Of a stretch of DNA of 47,524 nt, positions 1 to 10,425 are shown piece by piece (the stretch's first letter is position 1; every line of letters begins with the position of its first letter). Position numbers and translations under genes: made by a program. The notes below the pieces were generated by a model, which worked only from the letters and a program-made list of their open reading frames with translations, was not told where the DNA came from and made no database searches. The stretch spans positions 1 to 47,524 of the forward strand of contig JAQGDQ010001319.1 of NCBI GenBank assembly GCA_030141605.1, given 5' to 3'. This DNA is from Tubiluchus corallicola. Taxonomy: Eukaryota; Animalia; Priapulida.

Positions 1-610
1 TTTTACCACCGATTTTGGTAACCGGGGGGGGGGGGGGAGTAAAAATTACCAACACCATTATTCGTAGATGACTTTTGATAAACCGCCGTGTTTCATTAGT
101 AAACAGCAACAGCATAATTTGAGGTTATGCTGACCACCATAGGATACATTATACCTCTGCTTAAAGTCACGTGACTTACTAGTAATACGAAATTTAAATT
201 CACTTAGTTACGTTCCCTTATCTAGGCTGGAATAACTGTAGACAACCGACATTGCTAGCGCGTGTGCAAAAATCATTGTTATTTTGAATTTATTGTCTAC
301 TACTTTCTTCTTTTAGGTAGAGTAATTTGAGTAACTGACATTTTGTTTTATCAGATACATCGCCTGTATAATGTATAGACAAGCGAAGTAAAGTTTCGAC
401 AATTTTAAAAAATCGACATATTGCATTTTCACTTTTATTTCGTGGTGAGACAATGTGCCTAAAATAAATAACTGAAAGTGTTTTGTGCACAAAACATGAT
501 TAGAAAAAGTCATAGAAAAGGTTTACTGGGATGCGTATGGTAAAAGCGTAAAATGCAAAAAACCGGTCTGGGGGTAATTTTTTACCCCCCGGTGACCCTA
601 TAAGGGTTAA
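1..610. mobile_element. piggyBac-like non-autonomous element, right part; left end lies outside the window or is degraded
   Basis: Ends ...ggtgaccctataAGGG|TTAA (610), the piggyBac-type terminus plus TTAA target. ggtaattttttaccccccggt (573-593) is the approximate inverse of accggggg..gtaaaaattacc (21-50). Confidence 0.5.
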
Positions 611-721
611 TATGTAAATATTGATTTCCATTCTTTCAGTTTTCTTAAATGCTAGTCTCGTCTTAACTATTTGAGATTAAAATCAACATGTAGAAACAGA
701 TAAAGGACAAATACTTGTTGT

Positions 722-784
722 GTAAAATGCAAAAAACCGGTCTGGGGGTAATTCTTTACCCCCCGGTGACCCTGTAAGGGTTAA
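722..784. mobile_element. Second copy of the same piggyBac-like terminus
   Basis: Near-identical direct copy of 548-610, again ending AGGG|TTAA. Confidence 0.55.
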
Positions 785-1097
785 GATTTTAATCTATTAT
801 CTGTCAGAAACGCGGTAATAATTGTGTTAAAATGTATAACTTTTATCGGTTTTGAAAATGGGGTAGTATATGAAAATTCACCCTGTTTTCCTTGAATGAG
901 ACAACAAGGATCAGCAGGTGGATTTTCATGGACAATTATATACATAATATATATAAAGGCAGATATAATGCAAATTTTAATATTGTAATTGTTTAATTTT
1001 CCACTTTCATTTGGTTATTTGTGCGTAATACATTAAAATCATTCAATCATGTATTAAAATCATAGTTCGATTTATTTGTGAAATTACCCAATCCATC

Positions 1098-1390
1098 AAC
1101 TATAACCATAACCATAACCGTAACCATTACCATAACCATAACCATAACCATAACCATAACCATAACCATAACCATAACCATAACCATAACTATAACCATA
1201 ACCTAGCCATAACTATAACCATAACCATAACCATAACTATAACCATAACCATAACCATAGCCATAACGTAACCATAACCATAACCATAACCATAACGTAA
1301 TTATAACCATAACCATAACCATAACCATAACAAACCATAACCATCACGTAATTATAACCATAACCATAACCATAACTATAACGTAACCAT
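1098..1390. repeat. (CCATAA)n hexanucleotide microsatellite
   Basis: Directly visible, with some variant units. Confidence 0.95.
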
Positions 1391-2314
1391 TACGTTTTTA
1401 CTGTTAAACAAGCAGAACAGAAATTTGTATTTCAACATGTTCATTACTTTAAATTTCGCTTTGCAAGAAAAAATAAGATAGCAAATATGTACATCTTTGT
1501 CTCCTTGTCTGGCTCAGACCATTATATACACACAGTTTACATTTTTGGCAATGTAGAAATTTGAACCGCTTCAAGATTCTGGAGTAGTTTTTATGCAGCA
1601 AACTCTACGCACATTTCTAACAGGTCAAGGCAATTTTAATAATTTCTTGTATAATGTTGGTTATGCAGGCAATAATATGTGCCAGTTTTTGAGGGGAGAG
1701 ACAAACCCACATCATCTGTGGTTTCAATGTAAATTCGCAAGTCGCATTAAAAGAGAAAAAGTACACGTTTTATAATTACGTCAATTATATGTTAACTTGT
1801 CGTGATAATCTGATTTTAATTAACTTTGCCAATATCTTGTTAGATAATTTTATTTTGTCACTAACCAAACGAGATTAATTAATAAAATTTAGGTAATTGT
1901 TTTCAATATCAATTAAGATGGTAAAGATAATACTAAGCTTGCGTAACTATATTGTAAATGTTAAAAAGTACATTTAAATACGTACCGTTAGCTGTCGGAG
2001 CACTGGATACAGAGGGTGCATGTATATAAGTATATGTTTATATGCTCAAAATAAAGAGTCCTAATTAATAAAAATAATATGATAGTTAAGCAGCTTTGAG
2101 TTTGGTTAACTGATAGCTGAGGGTATTCGTTGGTTATGCTGTCTATCTCATTGAGGGAAGATGTGTACGCCTCCAACGAGGCTCACACCTCTCTTTCTGT
2201 TCATTGCCTCGTCTTAGAGAGCTAACCTTGATAAATAGTTGGATTCTGGTACAGCCACAAGTTGAAACGAACGAACCCACGCATGTAAAATGTACAAACT
2301 TTCGTAGCATGTAA

Positions 2315-2528
<214 letters not shown>

Positions 2529-2676
2529 AAACTCAAATGACATCAACACCACAGACACAAACAACAAAAAGAGACAAACAACTGCAAATCATACAATCTA
2601 CAATGGTGCACATGTACAAAATTACCACCAAAGGAAAAGGGTCATCAGGTGAAGCACTGGAAAAGATTCAGATTTC

Positions 2677-4765
2677 AGTCCCTACTCATTATCTTCAAAC
2701 TCTCCCAGCAGGGACCTGGTCCCTACTCGTTATCTTCAAACTCCCCAGGCAGGGACCCGGTCCCTACTCACTAGCTTCAAACTCTCCCAGCACGGACCTG
2801 GTCCCTACTCGCTAGCTTCAAACTCTCCCGGCGAAGACCCGGTGCCTACTCACTAGCTTCAAACTCTCCCGGCAGGGATCTGGTCCCTACTCGCTAGCTT
2901 CAAACTCTCCCGGCAGGGACCTGGTCCCTACTCACTAGCTTCAAACTCTCCCGGCAGGGACCTGGTCCCTACTCACTAGCTTCAAACTCTCCCGGCAGGG
3001 ATCTGGTCCCTACTCACTAGCTTCAAACTCTCCCGGCAGGGACCTGGTCCCTACTCACTAGCTTCAAACTCTCCCGGCAGGGACCTGGTCCCTACTCACT
3101 AGCTTCAAACTCTCCCGGCAGGGACCTGGTCCCTACTCACTAGCTTCAATCTCTCCCGGCGAAGACCCGGTGCCTACTCACTAGCTTCAAATTCTCCCGG
3201 CAGGGATCTGGTCCCTACTCGCTAGCTTCAAACTCTCCCGGCAGGGACCCGGTCCCTACTCACTATCTTCAAACTCTCCCGGCAAAGACCCAGTCGCTAC
3301 TCACTACCCTCAAACTCTCCTGACAGGGACCTGGTCCCTACTCACTAGCTTCAAACTCTCCCGGCAGGGATCTGGTCCCTACTCGCTAGCTTCAAACTCT
3401 CCCGGCAGGGATCTGGTCCCTACTCGCTAGCTTCAAACTCTCCCGGCAGGGATCTGGTCCCTACTCGCTAGCTTCAAACTCTCCCGGCAGGGACCCGGTC
3501 CCTACTCACTATCTTCAAACTCTCCCGGCAAAGACCCAGTCGCTACTCACTACCCTCAAACTCTCCTGACAGGGACCTGGTCCCTACTCACTAGCTTCAA
3601 ACTCTCCCGGCAGGGATTTGGTCCCTACTCGCTAGCTTCAAACTCTCCCGGCAGGGATCTGGTCCCTACTCGCTAGCTTCAAACTCTCCCGGCAGGGATC
3701 TGGTCCCTACTCGCTAGCTTCAAACTCTCCCGGCAGGGACCTGGTCCCTACTCACTACCCTCAAACTCTCCTGACAGGGACCTGGTCCCTACTCACTAGC
3801 TTCAAACTCTCCCGGCAGGGATCTGGTCCCTACTCGCTAGCTTCAAACTCTCCCGGCAGGGATCTGGTCCCTACTCGCTAGCTTCAAACTCTCCCGGCAG
3901 GGATCTGGTCCCTACTCGCTAGCTTCAAACTCTCCCGGCAGGGACCCGGTCCCTACTCGCTATCTTCAAACTCTCCCGGCAAAGACCCAGTCGCTACTCA
4001 CTACCCTCAAACTCTCCTGACAGGGACCTGGTCCCTACTCACTAGCTTCAAACTCTCCCGGCAGGGATCTGGTCCCTACTCGCTAGCTTCAAACTCTCCC
4101 GGCAGGGATCTGGTCCCTACTCGCTAGCTTCAAACTCTCCCGGCAGGGATCTGGTCCCTACTCGCTAGCTTCAAACTCTCCCGGCAGGGACCTGGTCCCT
4201 ACTCGCTAGCTTCAAACTCTCCCAGCGAAGACCCGGTCCCTACTCACTGCCCTCAAACTCTCCTGACAGGGACCTGGTCCCTACTCACTAGCTTCAAACT
4301 CTCCCTGCAGGGACCCGGTTCCTACTCACTATCTACAAACTCTCCTGGCGGGGACCCGGTCCCTACTCACTACCTTCAAACTCTCCTGGCGGGGACCCGG
4401 TCCCTACTTGCTACCTTCAAACTCTCCTGGTGGGGACCCGGTCCCTACTCACTACCTTCAAACTCTCCTGGTGGGGACCCGGTCCCTACTCACTACCTTC
4501 AAACTCTCCTGGCGGGGACCCGGTCCCTACTTGCTACCTTCAAACTCTCCTGGCGGGGACCCGGTCCCTACTCACTACCTTCAAACTCTCCTGACAGGGA
4601 CCTGGTCCCTACTCACTGCCCTCAAACTCTCCTGACAGGGACCTGGTCCCTACTCACTACCCTCAAACTCTCCAGACAGGGATCTGGTCCCTATTCACTA
4701 GCTTTAAACTCTCCCGGCAGGAACCTGGTCCCTACTCACTACCTTCAAACTCTCCTGGCGAGGAC
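2677..4765. repeat. 41-bp minisatellite, ~50 copies (gggacctggtccctactcactagcttcaaactctcccggca)
   Basis: Period 41 (e.g. 2941/2982). Each unit carries the inverted repeat GGGACC-N-GGTCCC. Confidence 0.95.
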
Positions 4766-5317
4766 TTAGACAGATTGACTGCCCAAGCTTCGATGCTAAA
4801 GTGATAACTACAGACATAAGACACAGAACGTCAACATAAACTAACTACAACAATGACAAAAAAAGAGAAGGGGCTCCTACAATGTGACGACACAGTGACA
4901 GAAGGCTTGAATATTATATTATTTTATTATCGTATCAGATAAACGATATTAAATGAGAGACGTTTTTATCATCTTACATTTGAGTGAACCTAGATCACTC
5001 ACACTTGGACGCTTTCCAAAAATGACTGTTTGCATATTCTAGTACTATTTACAAATCATCAGCTGTGCCACAGGCCAAAGTTTAAAGTTGTGCAGCACCA
5101 AGTCACTGATTACAAGGTACCATATTACATGTAATTCTAGTTAGTGAATTCAAATTACGTCGAAACTTTTAGTAGGTCAAGTTTAACAAAGGATACTTTG
5201 CAAGAAATTGCAATACAGTTTTGTTCTTTGATATTCTCCAGAGTTCTAACCTGCTAGGGCATCGGTTAGATATCCTTTGTGGTTTTAGCTGTAATTGTAG
5301 CAACTGTCACGTCGAAT

Positions 5318-6877
5318 ATGGCCGCACCGAAACTGGCAAATTACGTTTATCGATCGCGGTTGTGTTTGCAGTCGCGTGTCCTAACTCCTGGACTTCGTGA
5401 AAAAGCAACAGTAACAACTGCAACACTTGATCAAAAGTTAGATGCAACAGAGACTGCCAAGGATTTCTCAGAAATGCCTGGAGCTTCCGGTGTTTTTGGA
5501 ATCATGCTCTTCCTGAAAAATTTTCTCACCAGAAGTGATGAGATTTATAAACTTGGCGTCGAGACGTATTATAAAAAATACGGGAGCGATATTTTCAGAG
5601 GTAAACTTGGTATGAGGGATATAATACAGACAAGGGACCCAAACGATGCTAGCCAAATATTCCGGTCATCTGGAAAACACCCAGAGAGGTTTCCGATGGA
5701 TCATTTGTTAGCTTACTATGAGAAAGCCAACGAATCGAGCTCTCTTTTTTCGTACGAAGGTGAAGATTGGGCGCGTGTGAGGAGTGCAGTGAACAAGCGG
5801 ATGATGCGTCCCCAAATTGTGGGCACGAATGAAGATGTATTTAGCGAAGTGGCCAGTGACATGATTGCTAGAATGAGACACGTGAGAGACACTAAAGGAG
5901 ATGGATTAATCATACCAGACATGACAAACGAAATGTACAAATGGGCTTTGGAGTCAATCTCAGCATTTCTGTTTGAACAGCGGATTGGTTGTTTGGAGGA
6001 GCATGCGCCGGAGCAATCTCAAGCTTTCATTGATGCAGTAGGGATGTTCTTTACAGCTACCATGCAGGTACTGGGGTTTCCGCATCTTCACCAAAAGTTA
6101 AACACGCCGATTTGGAAGAAATTTTCCTCAAGTCTTGACACGATGTTTGCCTATGCAAGAACTTCGATTGATAAAAAAGTTAAAAAACTTGCCGCCGCAC
6201 CACTAGAAGCCGAAGCCACTTTTCTGGGTTACTTATTGGCAAACGATAAAATAACGAGGAAAGAAGCCTACACGACAACAACAGAACTCCTACTTGCCGG
6301 AGTGGATACATCATCAAATACGCTTTGTTTCACACTCTATCTTCTTGCAGCGAATCCAGACGTTCAAGACACACTGAGCGAGGAAATTCAGTCGATTACA
6401 AAGGGTCGAGAAGCAACAGTCTAGGACTTCAAACAGATGTCCTTTTTGAAGGCTGTTCTCAAAGAATCACAGCGCATTTATCCAGTTGCTTCAAGTGTTG
6501 CTAGACTTCCTGGAAATGATCTTATTCTTAGTGGATACAAGGTGCCAAAAGGGACTGTGTGCATGGTAGATGTTTACGCCATGGGACGAGACGAGAGATT
6601 CTTTCCGGATCCGGAATCGTTCCGACCGTCGCGATGGCTTCGTCAACATCGACTTCCGGAGGAAACCCCAGATCCGTTTGCATCGCTGCCGTTCGGATTT
6701 GGTGTCAGAAGTTGCGTCGGCAGAAGAATTGCTGAACTGGAGATGTACATTTTGTTGACAAAGATCATGCAACAGTTCAAGTTACAATTACACAAGAATG
6801 GCAAACTTGACGTTTCTCAAAGAGCCTTACTAGTACCAGGACGTGAACTACCCATAGAATTCATCAATCGACAGTAA
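5318..6877 (+). pseudogene. Cytochrome P450, mitochondrial clan (CYP27/CYP24/CYP11-like), single coding exon, one in-frame TAG at 6422-6424
   Basis: ORFs 5279-6424 and 6437-6877 share a frame (EATV*DFKQMSFLKAVLKESQR), 519 codons from ATG 5318. Arg-rich N-terminal transit-like peptide, WARVR C-helix, AGVDTS I-helix, ExxR (ESQR), PERF-like PESFRPSRW, heme motif FGFGVRSCVG. P450 identity is secure; pseudogene status depends on the stop being real. Confidence 0.85.
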
Positions 6878-7865
6878 TGATTCTTTTCAGTTTCAAATGG
6901 AAACCTCTAATAGGACTGTTCGTGCATTCTCTCGAATATTATTTGAAGAACAGACTAAATACAATTACAAAACTGTACGTGTTTTATGGTGCACATTAGA
7001 CTGTTCACATTACAGTCCACAGCAATGAGAATAATGAAACACGAGACATTTTATGTAGGGAATTTCGGCAAGTATCTCGTTGGTCACGTGACCACGGGCA
7101 CCCACCTGTGCAGATCTGTTTCTACCTGGGCAAGTGAGTTAGTTGGTAGACGTTAGCAGGCTTCTTTAAAAGTAGTTTTTCACAGTATGATAGTGGCATA
7201 ATTTGTCAGATATATTGGTAAATACTAGATTTGCTTTATGGAGACATACGATGTAAGTAAATACATCATTTTGTATTATTTTGAATTATTATGAACTGAT
7301 CACTTTGAACATTTTAGTTTAATGAATGACAATCTTATAAATTCGATACAACGTGGTATAAATTAGCAAATTTACCAAATTAGGTTTATTTAATGCGTGA
7401 TTTTGTGTTTAGTAAAGTCTAGAACTACAGAATTAAATGCAAATTTGTAAAATGGCCTTTTTTATGTTTTTTAATAGAAATGACGTATAAAACACTACAA
7501 TATTTTGTTGGAATATGGCAGTCATTGATTGTAGTACATTTTATAATGTAAAAAATATCGTCTATTCTGATGCATTAAATGCTAAGAATATTATCATCTG
7601 ACATTTTACTGAAATATTTAGTACGATATCGCCAAATTAGTTTTTTTTATAAAGACACCTTGCATTCGTGCCCCCCCCCCCACCCAGTACATAAGATGGT
7701 GTAGCAATTAAAGTGCTTTTTCAAGATAGATCTAATTTGCAATACAGATATTATCGTAAACAACAACATTGTACAAACAGCATCTTTTGCCAGTAGTTCT
7801 ATAATTGTCTGAAGTTGTTTTTTCAGTGGAGTAAAATCTGTCTTGAAGAAGCTATTTGTTAAATT

Positions 7866-8145
7866 TGGTACAACCAAGTTACATAATCAGTACACTGAAA
7901 ATCTTATATGCTAAGAGTTACACGGATCTAGTTACATCTGGTACAACCAAGTTACATAATCAGTACACTGAAAATCTTATATGCCAATAGTCACATAGAT
8001 CTAGTTACATCTGGTACTACCAAGTTACATAATCAGTACACTGAAAATCGTATATGCTAATAGTCACATAGATCTAGTTACATCTGGTACTACCAAGTTA
8101 CATCATCAGTATACAGAAGGTCTTGAGTGCTAATAGTCTCAGAGA
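7866..8145. repeat. 73-bp tandem repeat, ~3.8 copies
   Basis: tggtac(a/t)accaagttacat units start at 7866, 7939, 8012 and 8085. Confidence 0.9.
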
Positions 8146-8148
8146 TTT

Positions 8149-10425
8149 TCAGTAACGTTTTAATTTATTAAAAGGATTAATAATGGCTGCCTTTTCCATC
8201 TCTGCACGACTAAGCGTAATCTTTGCCTTGCGTTTACCAATAAAAGGTTGATTAAGTATCGGTTTTCTAGTTGTTGTGGTTGTTGTGCCCCCCATTGTAG
8301 TAGTGAGTGGCGCAGTGTACCTATACCCCAAGCTTTTCCCCTTCTTGCCTTTTCTAAGTAGGCTAAAATCAAAATTTGCTACTGGTACAAATATGGTAGT
8401 TGTTGGAGGAGGCTCTGTTGTATATCCATCTTTGGTTCTTACACCTTTTGGCGTGCCCCAGTCCGCCGGCCAGTAATCCTTCATTGGATGGGTTACTTCC
8501 GTTGTCTGTGAGGACTCCGTGCTGGTTTCAGGTAGATTCCTTTCCGCAGAATCCTTCTCGTCTTGTTTAGAGTCGTTGTCTTGGTTTCTCCAAATTTCTG
8601 GAGTCCAGGAATTCAACGGTTTTACTGTGGTTGTTTTCAGCTTTTTTTCCCTCGCTTTTCTTTTGCTGTAGTTTATCCAGGATTCAGGAGTCCATCGTCC
8701 ATGTGGTGGATGATCATTCTTTAATTCTTCACTAGATGGACGGGTTTCTTCTAAATCCTGTTTCCCATATTGATGGACGCCATATTGTTCGCCAGGTGTG
8801 GTTCTAGTTAAAGATTTATACGGATCATAAAGCACGGAATGTACCAGAGACCTGCTCTTTACATTCGTGCCTACATTGTAACGTGAAGGGGAATAATTTT
8901 CAGACATTCTTGTTTGTGGTATCCTGGCTGTTGACGACACGCGTCCAGGCATTGCCCCAAGTGTAAGCGAAAAACTTTCAGAATCGTAAAATCTGTCACT
9001 GTTCTTCCCTAAAGAATTGCTTGACGACTTCAAGTATGGGTTGTACTCGACACCACGAGGGGCGGAACTTCCGAACGGAATGTTTCTGTTGCTGTGTATG
9101 CTTGACGACCTAGAAGATGGATCCGCTTCAGTAGCACGAGAAGCAGCCTTGTTTGGCATTGTTCCAATCTCATATTTGATGCTCTGCCCTGGACTCTGAA
9201 CGTAGCTCTGTTTTGGAAAAGAATTAGCAGCCCTGTTTGGCATTGTTCCAATCTCATATTTGATGCTCTGTCCTGGACTCTGAACAGGACTCTCTTTGGG
9301 AAAAGAATTAAATGCAGTTCCCGCATGTCTGTAATTAGTGTCCATGGCAACTGGGACAGAATACGATCTGGATCTTGTCAAATAATTCAAACTATGATCA
9401 TCTCTGGCAGCAGGTGAGACGAAGCTTGATCTTTGGTTAATATTATCAGACCTGGACTCCTTACTCTCGTGGCGCCATCTTTCTCTTTCAGTTGCAACTG
9501 GAACAGCGTATGATCTAGACCTTGAGAAATACAGCAAGTCCTTTTCATCCCTTTGATCACGTGACCTTGATATGGCAGGAGAATCAACATTTTGATGATC
9601 TTGACCCCATCTTCCTCTTGCTGAGGTTACACCATTGTCTGTGCCAGTTTGCTTTCCGCTGTGCCTTCCACGGTTTACTGTAAATGGGTCAGGAAAGGCA
9701 CGGTGCGTCAAGTCTCCATCTTCAAAACTGTTGTCATTGTAAGCATCATTATACTCACGATAACCATCGTTAGTGTAGTCATAGTCATAACCTCTACCAT
9801 AATAATCGTAATTAGGCCAAGATCTTCTTGCATTTTGTAGTTCGTTTGTATTCTCTGGTAAAGGATGATAATCGTAATTATAATCGTTGTCATAATCGTA
9901 TTCGTATTTTCTCTCCAATCTCTGTGGTGCTTTGTAATCGTAGTCATTCCATCTCTCTTGTGATCTGTAATTATAATCTTTCAATGTCTGTTTTGGTCTA
10001 TAATCATAATCTTTCCATCTGTGTTGGTTATAATCGTAGTCGTTGTAATCATTATCGTGATCTTGCCCCACATTATCCCCGTTCAAAATGTATTTCTGTT
10101 CGCTGCCAAAATCGTGTTCAACTAGGCGGTTTTTGTAGGGCGAGTGACTGATATTTTGAGCAGTAGATGGCGCCAGAGGAACTTGAGGCGACGCACGGTG
10201 TTGAATATTAAACGCATAACCAACATGATCCGAGGGAATTAAATTTCTACCATTATAATAATCAAGCCTTTTCGTCCTTTGTTGACCATCTTCATGCTCT
10301 TTTAGTAACTCGTACAGCCTAGGCTGTTTGTCAGCAGCTTGTTTACTGTGGTCAATCGTGGATTCTTCTGGTAGCCATAGATTGTTATCATTGTGCTGGT
10401 AATTCTTCTCTGCAAATGCGAGTGC
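8149..10425 (-). CDS. Large terminal coding exon of a secreted Asp/Tyr-rich low-complexity protein (~774 aa in total)
   Basis: The 645-aa ORF stays open for 113 more codons upstream of the TTG at 10086, up to a canonical acceptor (ctgattttcaattatttctAG|gca, exon start 10425, phase 0). Begins ALAFAEKNYQ, ends at TGA 8149. Confidence 0.85.
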   Translation of the reverse strand, partial: ALAFAEKNYQHNDNNLWLPEESTIDHSKQAADKQPRLYELLKEHEDGQQRTKRLDYYNGRNLIPSDHVGYAFNIQHRASPQVPLAPSTAQNISHSPYKNRLVEHDFGSEQKYILNGDNVGQDHDNDYNDYDYNQHRWKDYDYRPKQTLKDYNYRSQERWNDYDYKAPQRLERKYEYDYDNDYNYDYHPLPENTNELQNARRSWPNYDYYGRGYDYDYTNDGYREYNDAYNDNSFEDGDLTHRAFPDPFTVNRGRHSGKQTGTDNGVTSARGRWGQDHQNVDSPAISRSRDQRDEKDLLYFSRSRSYAVPVATERERWRHESKESRSDNINQRSSFVSPAARDDHSLNYLTRSRSYSVPVAMDTNYRHAGTAFNSFPKESPVQSPGQSIKYEIGTMPNRAANSFPKQSYVQSPGQSIKYEIGTMPNKAASRATEADPSSRSSSIHSNRNIPFGSSAPRGVEYNPYLKSSSNSLGKNSDRFYDSESFSLTLGAMPGRVSSTARIPQTRMSENYSPSRYNVGTNVKSRSLVHSVLYDPYKSLTRTTPGEQYGVHQYGKQDLEETRPSSEELKNDHPPHGRWTPESWINYSKRKAREKKLKTTTVKPLNSWTPEIWRNQDNDSKQDEKDSAERNLPETSTESSQTTEVTHPMKDYWPADWGTPKGVRTKDGYTTEPPPTTTIFVPVANFDFSLLRKGKKGKSLGYRYTAPLTTTMGGTTTTTTRKPILNQPFIGKRKAKITLSRAEMEKAAIINPFNKLKRY

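Noticed and set aside
1098-1390. (TAACCA)n as telomeric repeat
   Set aside because: One mismatch from TAACCC in essentially every unit, and internal; treated as an ordinary microsatellite.
2600-2660. CTGATGA on the minus strand as a hammerhead ribozyme core
   Set aside because: No stem II followed by GAAA could be found.
5279-5317. ORF-track start of the P450 at 5279
   Set aside because: Non-ATG start; ATG 5318 has good context (aatATGg) and begins a transit-like peptide.
6422-6424. Pyrrolysine or selenocysteine recoding of the P450 stop
   Set aside because: The codon is TAG rather than TGA, pyrrolysine is not known in animals, and no SECIS was recognised.
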